Shown here: in pieces, positions 56,683 through 64,000 of the stretch
Numbering within the stretch: the stretch's first letter is position 1
Layout of the letters: each line of letters begins with the position of its first letter
Assembly (NCBI GenBank): GCA_037138655.1
Contig: JBAXHY010000001.1
Span: 6,221-70,220 of the forward strand
Reading direction: 5' to 3'
Length of the DNA: 64,000 nucleotides
From: a bacterium
GTDB lineage: Bacteria; Patescibacteriota; Saccharimonadia; Saccharimonadales; SZUA-47
Notes under the pieces: model-generated
Databases searched by the model: none
What the model was told of the DNA's origin: nothing
What the model saw: the letters and a program-made list of their open reading frames with translations, nothing else
Position numbers and translations under genes: made by a program

Positions 56683-57543
56683 ATGTCTTTAATAAACAAA
56701 CATGTGCTTATGAGCGGAACAGATTATTTTGACGATGGCTATGCCATTAATGCTCATATGGACGACAAAATACCCGTTGACCGGGTAAAAGCAGCGCAAG
56801 AACATGCCAAAATAGCAGAATATATGCAAAGTGCGGGCATAAAAGTAAGCAAAGTCGCAGCGCCAAAAAACTGCCAAGACGGAGTATATACCGCAAACTG
56901 GGCGCTAATTCATGGCAATACTGCCGTTATGGCAAACTTACCAAATATACGCGAATCCGAAGAATCTTATGCCGAAGATGTTTTAAAAAATATAGGCTAT
57001 AACACAATTAAATTACCTAAAGAAATTCATTTTAGCGGACAAGGTGATGCTTTGCCGTGTGGTAAATATTTGTTTGTAGGAACAAATTATCGAACCAGTC
57101 CAGAAGCGCATAAACTGCTTGAACAACACCTTAAATTAGACGTAATTGGGCTACAAACGGTTCCGCAAACCAACAGCAACGGCAGCCTGGTTATTAACAA
57201 AGTTACCGGCTGGCCAGACAGTTTTTTTTACGACCTAGATCTTGCTTTGGCAGTAATTAACCAAAATACAATTGCCTGGTGTCCTGAAGCATTTACTGCA
57301 GAATCTTGTAAAAAAATAAAAGACCTAAAAGATCTAATTAAAATAGAAGTTAGTCTAGACGAAGCTATGAACGGCTTTGCTTGCAACCTAGTGTCTACCG
57401 GAAAATCTGTAATTATGAGTAGTCATGCACCGATTCTACAAAAAGCATTATTAGACTTAGGATTAACAGTTTATTGTCCTGATGTAACCGAGCTTTTAAA
57501 GGGTGGCGGTTTTATTAGGTGCACAACTCTTACACTAAATTAG
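56683..57543 (+). CDS. Amidinotransferase-superfamily protein (DDAH/arginine-deiminase-like guanidino-group-modifying enzyme)
   Basis: 286 aa, C-terminal GGGFIRCTTL with a Cys nucleophile typical of the superfamily; an extended -10 (TGaTACAAT) 8 nt before the ATG suggests a leaderless mRNA. Confidence 0.55.
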   Translation: MSLINKHVLMSGTDYFDDGYAINAHMDDKIPVDRVKAAQEHAKIAEYMQSAGIKVSKVAAPKNCQDGVYTANWALIHGNTAVMANLPNIRESEESYAEDVLKNIGYNTIKLPKEIHFSGQGDALPCGKYLFVGTNYRTSPEAHKLLEQHLKLDVIGLQTVPQTNSNGSLVINKVTGWPDSFFYDLDLALAVINQNTIAWCPEAFTAESCKKIKDLKDLIKIEVSLDEAMNGFACNLVSTGKSVIMSSHAPILQKALLDLGLTVYCPDVTELLKGGGFIRCTTLTLN

Positions 57544-57550
57544 TATTAAT

Positions 57551-58045
57551 TTAAGCTGTTATTTCTTGGTGAACCCAAAATAGCAATTTTACAAAATCAT
57601 CGGCTGTGTTCCATAAACGCTCCATTGTTCTTGGAGCATATTCACAACCAGAATTGGTGACTAGACTATTAGAACCAAACTGAAAAACTACGCTGGGAAA
57701 TTCTGAATTTAGTTCTTTTGTACTAATAGCTGCATTTTTATATAAATTAATGGTCGCTACTTTGGTTAAATTTTTTAGGTCAGAATTAACCGCTAAAATC
57801 GTAGAATCCCTAAGAGCTAACGTCAAAGCTGTACTTTTTATGCCCGTATCTTCGTCTGTATCGGTGCATACTAATGTGTCGCTAAAATGTTTAGTTACTA
57901 ATTTATGGTTCAGAACTAGATAGTTTGCTAGCCTAAGTGTTCTTAAGGCTATTGTATGAGGAATATCAGCAGGCGTATTTATCGCATCGACGTTATAAAT
58001 GTCCACAAAAGGTTCGCCTTCTAAAAACGGCTGGTCAATACTCAT
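57551..58045 (-). CDS. Hypothetical protein
   Basis: 164 aa; start overlaps the murE-like stop by 4 nt. Confidence 0.35.
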   Translation of the reverse strand: MSIDQPFLEGEPFVDIYNVDAINTPADIPHTIALRTLRLANYLVLNHKLVTKHFSDTLVCTDTDEDTGIKSTALTLALRDSTILAVNSDLKNLTKVATINLYKNAAISTKELNSEFPSVVFQFGSNSLVTNSGCEYAPRTMERLWNTADDFVKLLFWVHQEITA

Positions 58046-59415
58046 GATTTATTTTTCATTTTTAGCGATATCGCTGATTTAGCAACAGACACTTCGTCGT
58101 ATTCGCGTTTAAGTACACGTTGTTTATCTCCGTCGTTTTGCGGTAAATGTCTAAGTTCTGCGGCCTTTGGACCATTATACAAAATTGATTTTTCGTGACC
58201 TTTGCCAAGCAAAATAACCAAGTCACCTTTTTCTGCTAAATCAATTGCCTTTTTAACGGCTTCTTCTCTTTTTAAAATACTAAACAGGTCTTTATTCATT
58301 ATTTTTCCGGACTCTTGTGCACCATCACAAATCTGATCCAATATTTTTAGCCCATCTATGTCACGGTCATCTTCTTCTGTGGCAATTACAATATCGCACC
58401 ATTTACCGGCAATTTTACCTTGTTCAGAACGCTTAGCTTCGTCTCGTCTACCGGCGCTTCCAAATGCACATATTAATTTTCCTTGTGTTAGCTTTTTTAC
58501 TTCGGCTAAAATTTTATCAAAACTTTCGGGAGTGTGTGCGTAGTCTACTATAACGTCAAAGTCTTGACCCTCGTCTACCTTGGTCATTCTTCCTTCTACT
58601 TCGTGAAGACTAGCAATTCCGTTTTCTATTTGATCCTTACTAAGTCCAAGCGCCCTGCCCACGCCAAGTGCTGCCAAGCTGTTATATACGTTAAAACTAC
58701 CAGGCACATGACAGTCAATTTTATAATATGTATCACCTGTTCTAACGCTATAACTACTGCCCGCTGGAGTCATAAATATATCTGTTGCTAATAATTCACC
58801 CTGTTGAATACCGTAGGTAATAGAATTTTCTATGTCTTTTTTAAAATATTCTGCAACTTTATCGTCAGCATTTATTATTCCAATTCTTAAGCCGTTTTTG
58901 TTTTTATTAGTCTGTTTAAACAAAAGCCGTTTTGCGTCACGATATCGTTCAAAGGTTTTATGATAATCCAAATGTTCATGACCCAAATTAGTAAAAACTG
59001 CAATGCTATATGGCACGCCCCAAGTTCTGTGCTGCGCAAGTGCGTGCGAAGTAGTTTCTAAGATTAAATAATCTACTTTGTTGGCTTTGATTTTTTTAAT
59101 TTTTTGCAGTAAATCGCGTGAACCCATAGTAGTTAACCTGGTTGGATTTGCGATTTCGCCCCTTCCGTCACCATAATCAATACTAATAGTCGTCATCATA
59201 GCTACTTTAGAGCCGGATTCGCGCAACATTTGTGCTATTAAGGCACTCGTACTGGTTTTACCATCTGTACCGGTTACACCTATGACCTGAAGCCCTTTAG
59301 CAGGAAACCCCATAACCACGTTCCATACAACCGCTTCGGCCCAGTGCCCCGCCGGCTCTATGCTCATGAATAATTTTGTTGGTACAATTTTTTTGACCAC
59401 GTCGCGTAAACTCAT
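58042..59415 (-). CDS. murE: Mur ligase, MurE-like (UDP-MurNAc-L-Ala-D-Glu:diamino-acid ligase) with short N-terminal domain
   Basis: GVTGTDGKTST P-loop, ETTSHAL, DYAHTPESF, and GSAGRRDEAKR...IATEEDDRD in place of the meso-DAP-specific DNPR motif. Confidence 0.7.
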   Translation of the reverse strand: MSLRDVVKKIVPTKLFMSIEPAGHWAEAVVWNVVMGFPAKGLQVIGVTGTDGKTSTSALIAQMLRESGSKVAMMTTISIDYGDGRGEIANPTRLTTMGSRDLLQKIKKIKANKVDYLILETTSHALAQHRTWGVPYSIAVFTNLGHEHLDYHKTFERYRDAKRLLFKQTNKNKNGLRIGIINADDKVAEYFKKDIENSITYGIQQGELLATDIFMTPAGSSYSVRTGDTYYKIDCHVPGSFNVYNSLAALGVGRALGLSKDQIENGIASLHEVEGRMTKVDEGQDFDVIVDYAHTPESFDKILAEVKKLTQGKLICAFGSAGRRDEAKRSEQGKIAGKWCDIVIATEEDDRDIDGLKILDQICDGAQESGKIMNKDLFSILKREEAVKKAIDLAEKGDLVILLGKGHEKSILYNGPKAAELRHLPQNDGDKQRVLKREYDEVSVAKSAISLKMKNKS

Positions 59416-59511
59416 AAGTTACAGTATACTCAACTTGCTCAAAATGGCGCAGTCTTACTATTTTTAAAACTTAATTAAAGGCTTTCGCTTGCAGACACAT
59501 CTTGGACTTCT

Positions 59512-60369
59512 TTATCTAGTCCTAAAAATAAATCTTCTTGCTTGTTCTTTAACAATTTTAGCTATGCCTTCAGTGTCGTCAACGTGCATACCTAAGTATT
59601 TATTTTGTAATTCTTCTTGGCTTAAACCTTGCAATTCTGCATCGTCAATTTGTGTAAATTCTACAGAATCGGCTTTTTGTTCTGGAATATTAGTCTGCTC
59701 GGGCTTAACTACCGGTGGATATGTTCCGTAACTTTCCTCATTATCTTTAGTGTCTGTAATTTTTGGTTTTTCTGGTTCAGCGCTTTTGGCAATATCTTCT
59801 GTTACTGGAGTTGGTTCGGGTACTAGCATTTCGACTAATTTTTTACCCAAATTTGCTATTGGTTCTTTAAACGACACAACTTCTGGTTGTTTATTTAAGA
59901 TGTTAAGCTGAAGTTGTGCGTGTTGGCTTTTAGCAAATTTTTGAAAATCTGACAATAGCTTAACAACGTCAGAACCGCTTTGTTTTGCAGCGTATTTTTC
60001 TGAATCACGAACTGTCTGTACTAAGTTTGTCCAATTAGACTCGTCGCCCGATGATACTTTTTTAGACATTTCGTCATAAAGTTCTTCGATGCTTACCAAT
60101 GGCTTACCTTCGGCATTTAAATATTCTCTTACTTTTCTTTGTTTTGCAGATTTTGGAGGCTCTAGTATTGGTTCTTTAGTAGTTAGGTCTTTGGCATCTT
60201 CTGGCTTTACAGAAACTATATCGTTCGCCTTGTCAGAAAGCGTATGGTCTGGCAAAAGCAAGTGTTCGGCTGGTACACCTAATTCAACTAACATAGTGTC
60301 TAGTTGTTCTGGCGTTGCAGTCATTGCGTCTAATGTTTGTGTTGCTGGAACTGATTCGTTGTTCATATT
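59512..60369 (-). CDS. Hypothetical acidic protein
   Basis: Start moved to ATG 60369 (RBS AGGA); Glu/Pro/Lys-rich and likely disordered. Confidence 0.4.
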   Translation of the reverse strand, partial: NMNNESVPATQTLDAMTATPEQLDTMLVELGVPAEHLLLPDHTLSDKANDIVSVKPEDAKDLTTKEPILEPPKSAKQRKVREYLNAEGKPLVSIEELYDEMSKKVSSGDESNWTNLVQTVRDSEKYAAKQSGSDVVKLLSDFQKFAKSQHAQLQLNILNKQPEVVSFKEPIANLGKKLVEMLVPEPTPVTEDIAKSAEPEKPKITDTKDNEESYGTYPPVVKPEQTNIPEQKADSVEFTQIDDAELQGLSQEELQNKYLGMHVDDTEGIAKIVKEQARRFIFRTR

Positions 60370-60519
60370 TTTGTCCTGTTTATTTTTGCTTAAAAACTTA
60401 TTTATTTTATGTTTTAATAGGCTTATAATAGCAAAATACTTATGTTTTGTCAATATGTACTGAAGCTACTTTGTAGTTTACACAAATGAGTTTTTTACAA
60501 TATTTGGTAAACTAATACA

Positions 60520-61605
60520 ATGATAGTTCTTGGTATCGAATCTAGTTGCGACGAAACCGCGGCAGGAATTGTAAGTATTAGTGACGACTTAGTTTGTACT
60601 TTGCATGCTAACGCCGTTCTTACAAGCATGGATCTGCACGCCGCTTACGGTGGTGTAGTGCCCGAAATCGCCGCCCGCGAGCACATTAAATCCATCAACC
60701 CTGTAATCGAACAGGCTTTTACAGAAGCCGGCATGACATGGGACGACATAGACGCCATTGCCGTTACTAATGGCGCTGGGTTGGGCGGAAGCCTTTTGGT
60801 AGGTGTAATTACTGCTCGCACGTTAGCAATAATTAAAAACAAACCACTGTATGCCATAAACCATGTAGAAGCCCATGTGTACGCTAACTTCATTACAAAA
60901 ATAGGAGATATTAAACCTCTTACCCCCTATTTACTACCTCCCACATCCCCCGTGTTCCCTATGTTGGCGCTTATTGTTAGTGGTGGCCACAGTCAACTTG
61001 TATTGTTTAACGATCATTTTGACTACAAATTACTAGGTCAAACTCAAGATGATGCAATTGGCGAAGCTTTTGATAAAGTAGCAAAAATCCTTGGACTGTC
61101 CTACCCTGGTGGTCCAAGCGTGGGAACAAAAGCTTTAAAAGGTAATTCAAAAGCGTTTAGCCTGCCCAAAGCAAAAATGCCCAATAAATACGACTATAGT
61201 TTTTCTGGATTAAAAACAGCCGTTTTAAGGCAGGCCCAAGCGATGTGCGGTAAAGACTTCACTTTTCCTAGTTCTAGCCTTCCAGATGCACTTACAAGCG
61301 CGCAGAAGGCAGATATTGCTGCGGTGTTTCAGCGTATCGCCATAGAAACAGTGGTAGACAAAACAATAATGGCATATGAAGAATTTCAACCAGCAAGCGT
61401 CGTCATCGGGGGTGGCGTTAGTGCCAGCACCGAACTTAGGCGCCAATTGGCTGATCGATTACCAATTGAAATAAATTATACTGACCCAAAGTTATCAACC
61501 GACAACGGCGCCATGATAGCCACTCTCGGTGCATTTAAAGCAAAATTAGCCGCCCTACCAGCCGACCCATACAATTTAGACATAAACCCTAACCTGTCTA
61601 TGTAA
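60520..61605 (+). CDS. tsaD: tRNA N6-adenosine threonylcarbamoyltransferase
   Basis: MIVLGIESSCDETAAGIV N-terminus, Kae1/TsaD metal-binding His pair (HVEAH), 361 aa. Confidence 0.9.
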   Translation: MIVLGIESSCDETAAGIVSISDDLVCTLHANAVLTSMDLHAAYGGVVPEIAAREHIKSINPVIEQAFTEAGMTWDDIDAIAVTNGAGLGGSLLVGVITARTLAIIKNKPLYAINHVEAHVYANFITKIGDIKPLTPYLLPPTSPVFPMLALIVSGGHSQLVLFNDHFDYKLLGQTQDDAIGEAFDKVAKILGLSYPGGPSVGTKALKGNSKAFSLPKAKMPNKYDYSFSGLKTAVLRQAQAMCGKDFTFPSSSLPDALTSAQKADIAAVFQRIAIETVVDKTIMAYEEFQPASVVIGGGVSASTELRRQLADRLPIEINYTDPKLSTDNGAMIATLGAFKAKLAALPADPYNLDINPNLSM

Positions 61606-61902
61606 CTAAAGTTCGGGGTCTAATGGCATCGCCAATCGACCAATTTGTTCCCTGGTTAGCGGGTTGTCGCTTCTTAGCCCTACTGGCAGTTCAAGACACA
61701 TTTGTGCTAAATCTTGTAAGCCTTGTATGACGCTACTTGCTTCTTGGGGTGTAGATATACCAAATAACACCTTTAGGTGATCTGGTTCTTTGCCAAATTT
61801 TACGTGACCTTCAAAATAATCCAAAGCTGTGTCTGGACACATGCCGTATCTGGCAGGACAATCACTACAAGAATCGTTTACAATTCTCTGCTTTTCGTTT
61901 TT
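61606..61902 (-). CDS. Hypothetical protein
   Basis: About 98 aa from MKNEKQ...; two Cys pairs (CSDCP, GMCPD); no family recognised. Confidence 0.35.
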   Translation of the reverse strand, partial: KNEKQRIVNDSCSDCPARYGMCPDTALDYFEGHVKFGKEPDHLKVLFGISTPQEASSVIQGLQDLAQMCLELPVGLRSDNPLTREQIGRLAMPLDPEL

Positions 61903-62209
61903 CATTACTATCAATATACCATAAACGTTATGATATGTCAATATTGCTAACGCTTACCCTTCCCTGTTAATATTAATTCTGAAACAAATAGAGCGAATGA
62001 ACAAACCACGTAAACAATGTGGTTAGAACATTTTAAAGTAGTGGGACAAAAAGTAGAGATTAATTAGTGAGGGCTTTCACATGAAAGATCTTGTTTGTTG
62101 ATTTGTGCTTTTTCACGTGAAACACCACTGTTAGATACATGTATTACTTCCCTACTATTCTGGTATACTAAAGGGGAAGTTTTTTATTTTTTGAAGAAGG
62201 TGAATTTAA

Positions 62210-64000
62210 TGCAATTACCAAAAGTCTACGAGCCGAATCTTTACGAAAAAGATATTTACGAATTATGGGAAAAGTCAGAAGCTTTCACTCCTGTATTTAG
62301 GCATGGTAGCAAGAGTGCTTTTAGTACTGTAATGCCGCCGCCAAATGCAAACGCTAATCTTCATATTGGTCATGCGCTAAATTACGCCTTAATAGATATT
62401 TCGGCCCGTTATCACAGATTAAAAGGGGATTCGACTCTAGTTTTACCAGGCGCAGACCATGCAGGGTTCGAAACTCAAGTAGTTTACGAAAAACACTTAG
62501 CCAAAGAAGGCAAAAGTCGTTTTGACCTAAGCAGAGAAGATCTTTACGACGGCATATACAAGTTTGTGCAAGGAAATAAAGATAATTTTGAAGGACAACT
62601 GCGTAGCCTAGGGGTTAGTTGCGACTGGTCTAAATTTACATTTACTTTAGACGAACAGATTGTAAAAACATCATACATTACGTTTAAAAAAATGTGGGAT
62701 GATGGTCTTATTTACAGGGGTGAAAGACTAGTTAATTACTGCACAAACCACCGCACTAGTTTTGCAGATATCGAAGTCGTATACGAAGAAAAAACTAGTC
62801 CTTTGTATTACTTAAAGTACGGACCTTTTACGCTTGCTACAACAAGGCCTGAAACTAAATTTGGCGATACTGCGGTTGCAGTTCACCCAGACGACGAACG
62901 ATACAAACAATACGTTGGCAAAGTAATAACAGTAGAGGGAATTGACGGTCCTTTTGAACTGCGGGTAATTGCCGACGAAATGGTCGATCCACAGTTTGGA
63001 ACAGGGGCGGTAAAAATAACGCCAGCACACGACTTTAACGACTTTGAGGCCGGACAAAGACATAATCTTGAAGCTATTCGCGTTATTAATCATGACGGAA
63101 CGCTAAACCATTTAACTGGTAAGTTCGAAGGTATGACCGTAGCCGATGGACGAATAGCCGTTGCCGAAGAACTTAAAGCCAAAGGGCTACTAGAAAAAGT
63201 AGACGAAAACTACCAAAACAGGGTAGGGACATGCTATAAATGCGGAACCGTTATTGAACCAATGTTAATGGATCAGTGGTTTATAGACATGAAAAAGCTA
63301 GCCGAACCTGCCATTAAATCAATTAAATCATCTAAAATTACATTTTACCCTGCGTCTAAAAAAGAACAGGTAATTACCTACCTGCAAAACGTGCGCGACT
63401 GGAACATTAGTAGGCAAATTGCTTGGGGTATACCTATTCCCGCTTTTCAAAATATTAACGACAGCGACGATTGGATTTTTAACGAGTCTGTAGATCAAGA
63501 GATTATTCATTTAGACGGCAAAACATACCGTCGTGATTCAGACGTATTCGACACTTGGTTTAGTAGCGGGCAATGGCCTTTTGCTACCCTTCGCTACCCT
63601 GAACATTCAGATTTTACAGATTACTATCCTACAAGTTTAATGGAAACTGGCGTAGATATTTTGTACCAATGGGTGTCTAGAATGTTATGCCTAGGCCTGT
63701 ACGTTACCGGCAAACTACCGTTTAAAGATGTTTATTTGCACGGCATGGTCAGAAGCGAAGACGGACGCAAAATGAGTAAAAGCATTGGTAATGTTATTGA
63801 TCCTAAAGACGTTATAAGCTCACACGGTTCGGACGCACTTAGAATGGGTATTATAGCTGGCCGAAGTGCAGGGTACAGCGCGGCTTACGCACCAAGTAAA
63901 ATAGATGCTGGCAGAAATTTTGCCAACAAGCTTTGGAACATTGCTCGTTTTATATCTGACAAATTAGGCGAAGACACCAAAGCTTTAGACCTAAATCCTA
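62210..64000 (+). CDS. valS: Valine--tRNA ligase (5' portion; continues beyond window end)
   Basis: HIGH motif PPPNANANLHIGHAL, class-I editing/CP1 region, KMSKS (KMSKSIGN) at about 63770; RBS GAAGAAGGTG before ATG 62210; no stop before 64000. Confidence 0.9.

Noticed and set aside
57551-59415. MurT/GatD (lipid II amidation) pair for the Mur-ligase and downstream 164-aa gene
   Set aside because: The ligase has MurE-specific motifs (DYAHTP, the GxGGxRD...DNPR region) and no MurT Cys-rich N-terminus. The downstream protein lacks a glutamine-amidotransferase Cys-His signature.
61950-62209. T-box riboswitch upstream of valS
   Set aside because: No GGGTGGnACCGCG T-box sequence or specifier-loop and antiterminator arrangement is detectable in the leader.
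1-64000. CRISPR arrays, insertion sequences, integrases or prophage genes
   Set aside because: No spaced direct-repeat arrays, transposase, integrase or recombinase-like ORFs were seen anywhere in the window. The only repeats are short local ones (described above).

Overview
This is a compact, gene-dense bacterial window of about 40% GC that looks like a small Patescibacteria/CPR-type genome, possibly Saccharibacteria (low confidence). It uses the standard genetic code. Most genes are housekeeping, including rpsF-ssb-rpsR, ftsK, RNase J, an NrnA-like/truB/rpsO/pnp block, rpsT/holA, fpg, polA, dnaG-rpoD, orn, msrB, gdh, argS, groESL, murE, tsaD and valS (truncated at the window end). There is one tRNA-Ser(GGA) and several intrinsic terminators.

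Two unusual lipid-related modules stand out. The first is a tight three-gene operon at 41.7-43.6 kb: a CDP-alcohol phosphatidyltransferase, a PHP phosphoesterase, and a short CDP-archaeol-synthase (CarS/DUF46)-like cytidylyltransferase, the archaeal counterpart of CdsA. The second is an isoprenoid cluster directly downstream of dnaG-rpoD at 25.4-28.0 kb: a P-loop kinase resembling the phosphomevalonate-kinase/dNMP-kinase family, a polyprenyl (GGPP-type) synthase, and a phytoene/squalene-synthase-family enzyme.

Other notable observations:
- A photolyase-like protein of the FeS-BCP family retains only one cysteine.
- DnaG has all four zinc-finger ligands substituted.
- Fpg carries an in-frame insertion built from inverted heptamer repeats.
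- A second perfect CIRCE operator sits in front of an uncharacterised NTF2-like gene.
- A roughly 750-nt ORF-less, GC-rich, structured region lies upstream of groESL.
- A tiny stand-alone gene with a consensus promoter and terminator lies next to an ABC exporter.
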